Origin: an uncultured candidate division Zixibacteria bacterium
Lineage (GTDB): Bacteria; Zixibacteria; MSB-5A5; GN15; FEB-12
Direction of reading: 5' to 3'
Length of the DNA: 64,000 bases
Assembly: GCA_963735035.1 (NCBI GenBank)
Contig: CAVTJJ010000003.1
Span: 352,001 to 416,000 of the forward strand
Shown: positions 19,926 to 28,633 of the stretch, piece by piece
How the letters are laid out: each line of letters starts with the position of its first letter
Position numbering within the stretch: position 1 is the first letter of the stretch
The notes under the pieces: model-generated
Seen by the model: only the letters and a program-made list of their open reading frames with translations
The model's database searches: none
Told to the model about the DNA's origin: nothing
Translations under genes and position numbers: made by a program

Positions 19926-20140
19926 GTGGGCGGCACACGTCCCCGTGTGCCCCGCTTCAAGGGGCAGACCAGGAGGTCTGCCGCCCACTGAAGGCCGTTG
20001 ATCCGCCGCGGCGGACCGGGCACTTGACTAAACGGCGAGCCGGGCACTTTAGTAACGTCGTTGCAGCGGAGCCTGCCCCCGGCTTGACCGGGGGTCTTGC
20101 CCCCCGCCGCGGGGCGTGTGACCTGCCGCTCGCAGAGAAC
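19926..20140. repeat. Mosaic REP-like palindrome cluster
   Basis: TGCCCCGCTTCAAGGGGCA, TCCGCCGCGGCGGA-CCGGGCAC and CCCCCGGCTTGACCGGGGG hairpins related to other clusters in the window. Confidence 0.75.
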
Positions 20141-20159
20141 TCCTTTTCAACTGTCCTAT

Positions 20160-20188
20160 TTGACACTCGCCCGACTTCGTCCTACATT
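20160..20188 (+). promoter_or_regulatory. sigma70-type promoter of the SDR gene
   Basis: TTGACA-N17-TACATT. Confidence 0.65.
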
Positions 20189-20227
20189 GGCTCCCATTCC
20201 AAGCGAAGGTACTTAGAAGGACAAAAG

Positions 20228-20986
20228 ATGAATCTAACCGACAGAATCGTACTGGTAACCGGCGCATCGTCCGGCATCGGCCGGGCTACCGCCGTCAAAT
20301 TCCACGAACTCGGCGCCCGCGTAATCCTGACCGCCCGGCGCGAAGATCGCCTCAAAGAACTGGCCAAGGAGCTCAAAGACCGGGTGCACGTCGCCAAGTT
20401 GAACGTCCGCAACCGCACCGAAGTCGACGCCTTTATCGCCGGACTGCCGCGCGAATGGCAGGCAATCGATATCCTGGTCAACAATGCCGGCCTCAGCCGG
20501 GATATGAGCAAACTCCACGAAGGCCGTCACGATTCCTGGGAAGACATGATTGATACAAATGTCAAGGGGCTGCTCTGGGTCAGCCGGGCGGTGATTCCGG
20601 GGATGATTACCCGTGGCCGGGGGCATGTGATCAATGTCGGCTCGATTGCCGGTCACGAGGTCTACCCCGGCGGCAACGTCTATTGCGCGACCAAGTTTGC
20701 GGTCGACGCCCTGACCAAGGGGATGCGAATCGATCTGGTGGATACCCCGGTTCGGGTGACGACGGTCGATCCGGGGATGGTCGAAACCGAGTTCTCGGAA
20801 GTTCGGTTTTACGGCGACAAAGAACGGGCTAAGAAGACTTATGCCGGGATAACCCCTTTGACGGGTGACGACGTGGCCGATTCGGTGGTTTGGGCAGCGA
20901 CCCGGCCAGAGAATGTCCAGATCGCCCAGATCGTGATTTTGCCGAAAGCCCAGGCCTCCGTGATGGTGAATTATAGGAAGCCGTGA
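20228..20986 (+). CDS. NADP-dependent short-chain dehydrogenase/reductase (YdfG-like)
   Basis: TGASSGIG, NNAG, YCATK and DPGMVETEFS; the start is the ATG at 20228 (AGAAGGA SD), not 19679. Confidence 0.93.
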   Translation: MNLTDRIVLVTGASSGIGRATAVKFHELGARVILTARREDRLKELAKELKDRVHVAKLNVRNRTEVDAFIAGLPREWQAIDILVNNAGLSRDMSKLHEGRHDSWEDMIDTNVKGLLWVSRAVIPGMITRGRGHVINVGSIAGHEVYPGGNVYCATKFAVDALTKGMRIDLVDTPVRVTTVDPGMVETEFSEVRFYGDKERAKKTYAGITPLTGDDVADSVVWAATRPENVQIAQIVILPKAQASVMVNYRKP

Positions 20987-20994
20987 CGGGTTTG

Positions 20995-21150
20995 GTGCCC
21001 CAGGGCTTGCCCTGGGATTCTTGTAGGTCGGCGTTTCCGAAGTTCGAGCGAAGCGAGAACTGAGAAAACCCGAGGTGTCCCGTGCGCACAGAGTAATCGG
21101 ATATCACCCGGCAAGCGGCTGGGCCACCCGGGCCGTAGGGCAGGACCGCA
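20995..21150. repeat. REP-like cluster between convergent genes
   Basis: CCCAGGGCTTGCCCTGGG hairpin and a GGGCCACCC unit. Confidence 0.6.
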
Positions 21151-21152
21151 GA

Positions 21153-21608
21153 CTAACGAGTTGCATCTTGTCGAGACGTTTCGTCAGATGCCACACGCCT
21201 TGCTTTGAGTACTAGCTTGTTAATATTCTCAGGGAGCACCGCCAGCAAGAACTCAATTTCTGGCGGGAAGCGGCCAGATTGCTTCTCCTTCTCAAAGTGC
21301 TCGATCATTGAATTCTCTGTGAAAATCATGAAGCGTTGCTCGACTCCCCTCACGTTCAGAAGATACAGAGCGTCAGCCTTCAGTTTTAGAATCTTCCCGA
21401 TAGCGGCATTGCCGGTAGCTGTACGAGCAGCACTTGTGGAGATTAGGCCAACAATCTTTCCGTCTTCACTCACAGCGTCAAACGCGAATTGGCCTCCCCA
21501 CTTCAGGGTGAGCTTCCTGCCTGAGAATGATTTGCCCGCAAAGTGGTCGGCAAGATAATGCGATACAATCCATTCTTCGGCGACGTGCTGTGCTGATGTG
21601 TCGGCCAT
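21153..21608 (-). CDS. Hypothetical protein, possible PD-(D/E)xK-like nuclease fold
   Basis: Helix with AEE followed by a FAFDAVSEDGKIVGLIST strand-turn-strand pattern; adjacent to a TA pair. Confidence 0.55.
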   Translation of the reverse strand: MADTSAQHVAEEWIVSHYLADHFAGKSFSGRKLTLKWGGQFAFDAVSEDGKIVGLISTSAARTATGNAAIGKILKLKADALYLLNVRGVEQRFMIFTENSMIEHFEKEKQSGRFPPEIEFLLAVLPENINKLVLKARRVASDETSRQDATR

Positions 21609-21781
21609 GAAGGGTAACCCTACAATCTGCTGAGGTTTGTATCTAGCTCATGATTTTCTGTATCATCGCCCCGCGCATCCGGATTGCATGATGGAATATA
21701 GTCTCGGCGATCAGTCGGCGTCAATCAGAATACAGCAGTCGGGCTGTGTGTGTGAAGGGTGTTACGGTCAACAAATAAATC

Positions 21782-21819
21782 TTGACGCTGTCACAAAAAC
21801 TACCTATTATTCGTGACAG
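21782..21819 (+). promoter_or_regulatory. sigma70 promoter of abiE overlapped by an inverted-repeat operator
   Basis: TTGACG-N17-TATTAT; CTGTCAC (21788-21794) and GTGACAG (21813-21819). Confidence 0.7.
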
Positions 21820-21835
21820 ACAAGGTGCCAACATA

Positions 21836-22435
21836 ATGCCGCAAGATATTATACGACAAATACTTGCAAGGATATACGGCTACGGTAGGGGTAACGTCTT
21901 TACTCCAAATAGTTTTCTCGACCTAACGAGCCATGAAACTGCAAGACAAGCGCTTTCGCGTCTGACCAAGCAAGGCACTATCCGCCGGCTCATGAGAGGG
22001 GTCTACGAGTACCCTGCCTATAGCAAACTGCTCAAAGCTCCGGCTAGCCCGGACCCGGACGCCATCGCCAGAGCCATTGCCAGAGCTCACGGATGGACGA
22101 TTCTGCCTTCCGGCAATACCGCGTTGAACCTCCTCGGTCTGTCCACGCAAGTTCCTGCGAAGTGGGAGTATTTCAGCGACGGCCCGACCAAGACCTACAA
22201 ATGGAGTGGTGGGACTGTCGCCTTCAAACGTCGAGCCAACAAAGAGACAACCATCCTCTCACCCAAGACCGCTCTGCTAGTCCAGGCGCTCAAAACCCTC
22301 GGGGAGAGCAACGTCGATCGGTCAACTATGACTACGCTACGAAAGAGACTGAGCGAGAAGGAGCGGAAATGGGCCGTTAGAGAGGCGCGGTTTGTCACTT
22401 CGTGGGTCTATGAGAGAATCAAACAACTGGCCTAA
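21836..22435 (+). CDS. Type IV TA antitoxin, AbiEi-like (DUF6088)
   Basis: VFTPNSFLDL, ALSRLTKQGTIRRLMRGVY, ALNLLGLSTQVP and SDGP. Confidence 0.85.
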   Translation: MPQDIIRQILARIYGYGRGNVFTPNSFLDLTSHETARQALSRLTKQGTIRRLMRGVYEYPAYSKLLKAPASPDPDAIARAIARAHGWTILPSGNTALNLLGLSTQVPAKWEYFSDGPTKTYKWSGGTVAFKRRANKETTILSPKTALLVQALKTLGESNVDRSTMTTLRKRLSEKERKWAVREARFVTSWVYERIKQLA

Positions 22436-22453
22436 AGGGATTGGGGGATCTGT

Positions 22454-23458
22454 TTGCGTAACGTAGCCCTCCTTCCTGAAAACGACCGTAAAGAACTTCT
22501 TCGGGGCACAGCCCAACAGATGCAAGTGCATGAGGCCATCATCGAGAAAGATTTCTGGGTCTGCTGGATTCTTGACTACCTGTTTCATGACAGCCCGTGG
22601 AAAGATAGTCTCGCATTCAAGGGCGGGACTAGTCTCTCCAAGGCCTACAGTGCCATTGAGAGATTCTCCGAGGATATTGACCTGATCCTGGATTGGAAAC
22701 TGCTCGGCTATACCGAAAACGAGCCTTGGGAAGACCGCAGCGCAACGAAACAGGACACATTCGGCAAGGAAGCCAATCGCCGGACGGCGCAGTTTCTTGC
22801 GAAGGAACTTGCGCCAAAACTAAGCACCGATCTGAAAACCCGGGTCGGCAAAGAAATTGGCACAGAGGCGGCGGGTCAGGTAGTGCTCATAAATTATCCG
22901 AAGACGTTTTCTCTGGAGGCGATACAGCCACAGATAAGACTCGAAATTGGACCATTAGCTGAATCGGTGCCAAATGAACAGCGCGAGATTCTTTCTCTTG
23001 CTGCCGTGAAGTTTCCAGAGCTTTTCAAACGGCCATCGACCACCGTTACAACCGTTCTGGCGGAGCGAACCTTCTGGGAAAAAGCAACCATCCTGCATCA
23101 GGAAGCACACCGGGGTAAGGACAAGACGCTACCTCCCCGCTATTCAAGGCACTACTATGACCTTTATCGTCTGAGCCGTATGTCGATTAGAACTGCCGCG
23201 CTGACCAATTTCATGCTATTGCATGAAGTAGCGCGGTTCAAGATGAAGTTCTATCGGTGCCCCTGGGCGAGATACGAGGAAGCGAAACCTGGCACACTGA
23301 AGCTACTTCCACCGAGTCATCATGTTGCTGACTTGAGGAAGGATTATAACTCCATGCAGACGATGCTTTTTGGACACATACCGACATTCGATGCGATCAT
23401 GGAGGGGCTCGCTGCACTGGAAGCTGAAATCAATGACCAAGGTCACATTCGCCAGTGA
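22454..23458 (+). CDS. abiEii: Type IV TA toxin, AbiEii/AbiGii nucleotidyltransferase
   Basis: IEKDFWV, FKGGTSLSK, RFSEDID, RTFWEK and SRHYYD. Confidence 0.9.
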   Translation: MRNVALLPENDRKELLRGTAQQMQVHEAIIEKDFWVCWILDYLFHDSPWKDSLAFKGGTSLSKAYSAIERFSEDIDLILDWKLLGYTENEPWEDRSATKQDTFGKEANRRTAQFLAKELAPKLSTDLKTRVGKEIGTEAAGQVVLINYPKTFSLEAIQPQIRLEIGPLAESVPNEQREILSLAAVKFPELFKRPSTTVTTVLAERTFWEKATILHQEAHRGKDKTLPPRYSRHYYDLYRLSRMSIRTAALTNFMLLHEVARFKMKFYRCPWARYEEAKPGTLKLLPPSHHVADLRKDYNSMQTMLFGHIPTFDAIMEGLAALEAEINDQGHIRQ

Positions 23459-23476
23459 TGCTGTGGTTTGAACTCA

Positions 23477-23645
23477 GCGAGCTGTGGGGTACCCCTTCTC
23501 GGGGGCAGACGAGGACCCCGGATCAAGTCCGGGGCAGGCTTTGCCGCCCACAAATAAATGGTGGGCCACCTGACATTCCCACCCTTAGGGTGGGCCACCA
23601 GACATTCCCCACCATAAGTGGTTGACCACCCGAACCACCCGACTC
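23477..23645. repeat. REP-like array with GGTGGGCCACC units (about 29-bp period)
   Basis: GGTGGGCCACC-TGACATT-CCCACCC-TTA-GGGTGGGCCACC-AGACATT-CCCCACCATAAGTGG; also CCCCGGATCAAGTCCGGGG. Confidence 0.8.
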
Positions 23646-23647
23646 AA

Positions 23648-24667
23648 TCAGAAATTCCAGACGAAGTCTATATAGGGTATGAAGTCGGTCTCGTCGTCGG
23701 AGTCGTCCGTGTACTGTGGATCGAGCGAGTCATCGCGGTTGTTGCTTGATGATGAGGTGGCAACTCCAAAGTCAAACGTCATCTCCTTGCTGAGGAATCT
23801 CAATCCGCCCAATAACAGCATCCCGTTCTCGTTTTCACCGGGGACGAACCAGCCCTCGCCCACGACCGATAAGCGTGCTGCCAACCGGTATTCCCCGCCC
23901 AGGGTGCCGGCCGGTTTCTTCATCATGCCATGTTCGCTCCAGGCCAGACCTAGTCCACCGGTCAGACTGGCATCTTCGGTGCCGAAGGTCATGTTGCCCA
24001 GACCAAAATAGAGCGTTTCATTCCATATTCTGAAAATCATCAAGCTGGCTGCCAGATCGACCTGGTCGCTTGCCGCGAACCCGACTTTCGGAATGAAATA
24101 GAAGAATTGATTGTCGATGCCGGGGATGATTGATATTCCTCCAGAGACCGAAATGTTGTCGGTTATGCCGTACGCCAGTCCCGGAAAGAATATCCACAGG
24201 TCGAAGAAGTACCCCTTGCCCGCTTTCAGTGGCCTCGCATTGGGCGCAATTAGCAAACGAGTGCTGTTGGGGTTGGGAAACCAGCCGGGATGGCTCGACT
24301 CGGCAGCGGCCGGCTCATCTTTGGCTTTTGCTACCACCTTGACTTCCTCGACCGGTTTGGCAACCTCGACTTTCTTGGTTTCCTCGACCGGCTTGACTTC
24401 CTTGACCTCCTTAGACTCACTTACATCGGCGATCTTTTCGATCAAGATAGACATCAGTCCAAATTGGGTCTGGAACTCGATCTTTTCAGCGGTGATCATG
24501 GTTGTCTTGCCCACGAGCTTGGAGCCGTCGGTGAGCGTGACGGTCTGTGTGACACCCTCGGGGGGAATCCGAAGCGTCCCGGTATAAGCCAGAGCGCCGG
24601 CGGTCATGATAAAGACAAGGCCTGTCGCTATTGTCGCAAACAACATCATTCTCAGCATCTGTTGCAT
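23648..24667 (-). CDS. Hypothetical exported protein, probable outer-membrane beta-barrel
   Basis: Signal peptide, Lys/Glu/Val repeat linker, alternating beta-strands and C-terminal YIDFVWNF. Confidence 0.7.
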   Translation of the reverse strand: MQQMLRMMLFATIATGLVFIMTAGALAYTGTLRIPPEGVTQTVTLTDGSKLVGKTTMITAEKIEFQTQFGLMSILIEKIADVSESKEVKEVKPVEETKKVEVAKPVEEVKVVAKAKDEPAAAESSHPGWFPNPNSTRLLIAPNARPLKAGKGYFFDLWIFFPGLAYGITDNISVSGGISIIPGIDNQFFYFIPKVGFAASDQVDLAASLMIFRIWNETLYFGLGNMTFGTEDASLTGGLGLAWSEHGMMKKPAGTLGGEYRLAARLSVVGEGWFVPGENENGMLLLGGLRFLSKEMTFDFGVATSSSSNNRDDSLDPQYTDDSDDETDFIPYIDFVWNF

Positions 24668-24965
24668 AGATTCCTCACTTTATGGAACTGACAATATGAG
24701 TTCACTAGTGCCATTCGGTTGGCCAAAATTACTGTGACGACTTTCTCAGTGAATCCTGATAGACCAAAGAATGCCTGCTTGCACCGGATGTCAACAGATT
24801 TGCAAAAACCGAACAATACGTGTCCTGATTGTTGTACGAAGTCATTAGTCTTGACATCGCGTTGCTGTGGGGTTCATCCTATAGAACAACAAGTCACTCA
24901 ATTTCAGATTTTTTTGACATGCAGAAACGCGCGTTATAGGACAATCTTCGAACGAGGTTCGCATT

Positions 24966-25784
24966 ATGAAACCAGCGATCCGTGTCATGGCAGTCGTTTT
25001 CCTTTCGGCATTGCTTTTGGGACTTCTCCCGGCTTCGATCCGCGCCGAGCAGATTGGTCCGAGCTTTCAGAGCATAAGTACCTCGCCCGGTCTGTCGCTT
25101 CATAAGGACATGTTCATGCTCCCGATAACTTACTCCGAGGCATACGACGGTGAGCAAGTCGAGGCGGTGTTTCAGATAAGCGCCAAGCACCGTCTGTTCG
25201 ACACAAGATTATACTTCGCATACACCCAGATATCGTTCTGGCAGGCGTACGACCACAACAACTCGGCTCCATTTCGAGAAACCAATTACAATCCGGAGAT
25301 ATTCTATCGTTCCAAGTACTATCCGTTTTCGTCCGGTCAGGTCGGCGCAGATATCGGGGCCGAGCATGAGTCCAACGGGCAGAAGCCGCCGATCTCACGA
25401 AGTTGGAATCTTCTCTATTTTGCGCCGTATTACTTTCATTCGAATGTCCTTATCCACCTGAAGTTCCGCTACCGGATTCACGAAAAAGCCAAGCCGTTCC
25501 CCGGAGCGATGGAGGGCGACGACAACCCCGACATCACCGACTACCTGGGCTACAACGACCTGAACGTCTATTTCAGGTTCTGGACCAACCACATGCTGCA
25601 TCTCAAGGTCCGTGGCAATGTTAGTACGGGTAAGGGCAGCCTGGGGCTGAGCTTAAGCATCCCTGTCCCCAAGAGCCAGAGGAGCTGCTTTAGCATCAGG
25701 CTTACCCACGGTTATGGCGAGAGTCTTGTTGATTACAAGCGGCAGTTGACGCGCGTCGGCTTTGGTATCATGTTTGTCAGTTAG
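24966..25784 (+). CDS. pldA: Outer-membrane phospholipase A
   Basis: FQISAK, AYTQISFWQ, PFRETNYNPE, catalytic HESNG, SRSWN and GYGESLVDY. Confidence 0.92.
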   Translation: MKPAIRVMAVVFLSALLLGLLPASIRAEQIGPSFQSISTSPGLSLHKDMFMLPITYSEAYDGEQVEAVFQISAKHRLFDTRLYFAYTQISFWQAYDHNNSAPFRETNYNPEIFYRSKYYPFSSGQVGADIGAEHESNGQKPPISRSWNLLYFAPYYFHSNVLIHLKFRYRIHEKAKPFPGAMEGDDNPDITDYLGYNDLNVYFRFWTNHMLHLKVRGNVSTGKGSLGLSLSIPVPKSQRSCFSIRLTHGYGESLVDYKRQLTRVGFGIMFVS

Positions 25785-25874
25785 GTTGTGCTATCCCGAC
25801 ATGGTTATTATCGGGCGCTCGCACCAGCGAGCAGGCGTAACAGGCTGTCAAACGAGTGCATCCCTTTTGCCACC

Positions 25875-26023
25875 CTACCCACAGCAAGCTGTGGAGTACC
25901 AGATTGGCCGGCGTCATGCTTCGACAGGCTCAGCATGACGGTTCAGGAGCCTTTCCCACCCACCGGGCGAGCCACCTGATCTCCCCACCATAAATGGTGG
26001 GCCACCAGACACTCCCACCCATA
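25875..26023. repeat. REP-like cluster that is the target of IS1182 copy 1
   Basis: CCACAGCAAGCTGTGG, GTCATGCTTCGACAGGCTCAGCATGAC and CCCACCATAAATGGTGGG hairpins. Confidence 0.75.
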
Positions 26024-27436
26024 GAGCCTGTTGAAAAAGCCAAGTTTTCGGGTGGTCATCATGCATCTTGTCTGATGACTGTGTAAGGTGCGATAAATGG
26101 TCTCAGAAACCGTAGAAGCCGTTCTATGAGTGTCCGTAGACGTCTCCAGAGCCAGTTGAACCCCGGCAGAGTGACAAAATGCGCCGCCAGGCGCTTCGAA
26201 TTGAGAACCGTGGCGACCAACAAGCACTGCACCTTCATCTTGGACAGACCACGCCGCCACGCCCGACTCAAGCCGTGCCATTGTTTGCTCTCCGCAAACA
26301 CCCCCTCGATCACCGGCGCCCGGGAACGATACAGCTTCTTGAAACTCTCCGTTTTGCTGTCGGCCCGAAGGCGAAGCAGTGAACTATGGTGTCTGGTAAC
26401 CTTGAGATGCCGGCGATCCGATATCGTGCACTGTGACTTCAACGGACAGCTCTGACAATCCGACCGTCGCGCTCGATATTCCCAACGTCCCCGCTGCTTC
26501 TCCGTTCGCACATACCGCAACACTTGTCCCGCCGGACACGTGAACTCATCATGCTCCTCGTCGTAGGTGAATTGCTCGATCGTAAAATAACCTTCCCCGG
26601 CACGGGTCGTCGCCTTCTGCGGCGGCGACACCAAACGGACACCGCGCGTCTCCATCTCATAGGCATTAAACCCACTCCCGTACGCCCCGTCCGCACACAC
26701 CGCTTCCGGTGACTCCCGCAGACGCGCCAACGCTCGGTCAACCAACCCCACCGCCTCGTCGTGCTCCGACACGTTCGCCGCCGTCACCGATACATCCAAC
26801 ACCACCCGCTTCTTGCCGTCCGCCACCGTGTGCTGCTTGTACCCCGGACGCAACTTCCCATCCGGAAACCGACCAAACCGCGCATCCGGATCGGGACTGT
26901 CAACCTGGTTGACACGGTCGGCAGACAGGTCCGCCCGGATCGTCGTAGCGTCGATATGTAGCACCTTCCCCTCAATCAACCCGCTCGCTTGACACTGACT
27001 CACACTCCGAGCGAACAACTCGTTGAACACCGCATCACCAAACCGATCCAACGCCTTCGACAACGTCGAATGATCCGGAAGCGACTCGTCCAGCCCGTAG
27101 CCGATGAACCAACGATAGGCCAGGTTAACCTGCACCTGACGCATTAACTCCCGCACGTGAGCGATCCCGTCCATCGCCTGGATCAAAAACAGCCGGATCA
27201 CCACCTCCGGATCGACCGACGGTCGACCGTTGTCTTGGCTGTATTTGTCCCGAACTACCTCGTGGACAAAACCCAGGTCCAAAACCCGATTCAACTTACG
27301 AAGATAGTGATCCTCGGGGATGAACGTCTCCAATGCCGGGAGAAGCATCATCTCATGTTGACTTCTCTCTCGCTTACTCTGCATCCCCTGCTTTAATACA
27401 ACTACCCCCAAAACTCAAGACTTTTTCAACAGGCCC
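26024..27436 (-). mobile_element. IS1182-family insertion sequence, copy 1 (1413 bp)
   Basis: Terminal IRs GAGCCTGTTGAAAAAG and CTTTTTCAACAGGCCC; 4-bp duplication CATA at 26020-26023 and 27437-27440. Confidence 0.92.
26059..27384 (-). CDS. IS1182-family transposase
   Basis: IPEDHYLR, GRPSVDP, PDHSTLS, IDATTI, ADGAY, CPAG...CQSCPLKSQC and IEGVFAESK. Confidence 0.92.
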   Translation of the reverse strand: MQSKRERSQHEMMLLPALETFIPEDHYLRKLNRVLDLGFVHEVVRDKYSQDNGRPSVDPEVVIRLFLIQAMDGIAHVRELMRQVQVNLAYRWFIGYGLDESLPDHSTLSKALDRFGDAVFNELFARSVSQCQASGLIEGKVLHIDATTIRADLSADRVNQVDSPDPDARFGRFPDGKLRPGYKQHTVADGKKRVVLDVSVTAANVSEHDEAVGLVDRALARLRESPEAVCADGAYGSGFNAYEMETRGVRLVSPPQKATTRAGEGYFTIEQFTYDEEHDEFTCPAGQVLRYVRTEKQRGRWEYRARRSDCQSCPLKSQCTISDRRHLKVTRHHSSLLRLRADSKTESFKKLYRSRAPVIEGVFAESKQWHGLSRAWRRGLSKMKVQCLLVATVLNSKRLAAHFVTLPGFNWLWRRLRTLIERLLRFLRPFIAPYTVIRQDA

Positions 27437-27507
27437 CATAGGGTGGGCCACCCAATCTACAAAACTCGACTCAGCCCATAAGTTGGGCCACCCGATCGCA
27501 CTTTTTC

Positions 27508-27534
27508 TGTCACAAAACCGTAGCTGGGCAGTCT
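27508..27534 (+). promoter_or_regulatory. Possible autoregulatory ECF promoter
   Basis: TGTCAC-N17-GTCT upstream of the ECF sigma gene. Confidence 0.4.
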
Positions 27535-27574
27535 TGTACAACAGAGTAGTCAGTATTTCGGCCGACAACAAAAG

Positions 27575-28063
27575 ATGTTTGAGACTACATACCGAGAACA
27601 TTATGCCGCGGTCTATCGGTTCTGCTATCGCTTGATCGGCAGCGCCGAGGAGGCTCGCGATTTGACGCAGGAGACATTCGTGCGGTTCTATGATTCCGTC
27701 CGGCGCAACGAGAACCTCGATCATCCGGTGGCCTGGCTCTACCGGGTGGCGGGCAATCTGTGCATCAGCGGTCTGAGACAGAATCGGCGGCGGGCGGAGA
27801 TATTGCAAAGTCAGGCGATTGAGGTCGAGACCGGAGGGCATCCAGAGCTTGACTATGAGCGGCAGGAAACACTGAGACGAATTCGGAAGGCTATGTCGAA
27901 ACTCCCAGCTCGTGATCAGGTGCTACTGAATCTTTATATGGAGCGGCGACCTTACGAGGAGATGGCGGAAGTTATCGGAGTAAGTCGAAGCTCGGTGGGG
28001 ACACTGCTGTCCCGCGCTTTGTCCCAACTCAGGTCATCCGAAAATACCGGGGTGAAGAAATGA
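27575..28063 (+). CDS. ECF-family RNA polymerase sigma factor
   Basis: ARDLTQETF, WLYRVAGN and YEEMAEVIGVSRSSVGTLLSRA. Confidence 0.9.
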   Translation: MFETTYREHYAAVYRFCYRLIGSAEEARDLTQETFVRFYDSVRRNENLDHPVAWLYRVAGNLCISGLRQNRRRAEILQSQAIEVETGGHPELDYERQETLRRIRKAMSKLPARDQVLLNLYMERRPYEEMAEVIGVSRSSVGTLLSRALSQLRSSENTGVKK

Positions 28064-28632
28064 ACTGTTTGAAAGCAAGCACGCTTCAGGCTTTTCTCGA
28101 CGGGGAGCTGTCTCCCGATGAGAAATCGGCGGTCGACCGGCATCTGGCTGAATGCGAAATCTGTGCTTCACGATGTCGCCGGTTGCAGAAAGCAATTGCC
28201 GCGTTTCGAACAGACTTCTCGAAACTCGATCCTGAGACGGTTGAAATCCCGGAGTGTTCTGCAATTCTCGTTGAAAGGCAGCGCACGTCACGAGCTAACC
28301 ACCGACCGGGCAGCGCTCATATCACCTGGCTCCAGGGGCTGGTTGGTGTCGCAGCGGCGGCGGCGATTGCCTTCGCGTTTTGGCCTTCGCACAGACAATC
28401 TCCGACAATGGATCCCGGATTGAACTACTTACTGGCCCAGCTTCCGCCGATCGGCGAAGATCCTCAGCGCATGTGGCGGGAGCAGAGTTTGATTATCACG
28501 GTCGTAGACAACACCGACGGATCGGTAAAGCGGTTCATTACTTCCGTCGCCAACGACCGTGTCCAGTGCGAATCTCTCAGACCGGGCCATAGCAAGATTG
28601 ACGATTCATCCAAACTGAGAAAAGGAATCTGA
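28060..28632 (+). CDS. Zinc-binding anti-sigma factor (zf-HC2) with a TM helix
   Basis: C...LQAFLDGEL...HLAECEIC; TM segment GLVGVAAAAAIAFAF; 4-nt overlap with the sigma gene. Confidence 0.88.
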   Translation: MNCLKASTLQAFLDGELSPDEKSAVDRHLAECEICASRCRRLQKAIAAFRTDFSKLDPETVEIPECSAILVERQRTSRANHRPGSAHITWLQGLVGVAAAAAIAFAFWPSHRQSPTMDPGLNYLLAQLPPIGEDPQRMWREQSLIITVVDNTDGSVKRFITSVANDRVQCESLRPGHSKIDDSSKLRKGI

Positions 28633-28633
28633 C

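Noticed and set aside
19679..20227. 183-aa N-terminal extension of the SDR
   Set aside because: It runs through REP palindromes and a promoter; the SD-supported ATG at 20228 gives a normal-length SDR.
23555..23645. GGTGGGCCACC units with a ~29-bp period as a mini CRISPR array (also near 25970 and 33540)
   Set aside because: Only 2-3 units, the intervening sequences are related hairpin arms rather than unique spacers, and there are no cas genes. A REP array fits better.
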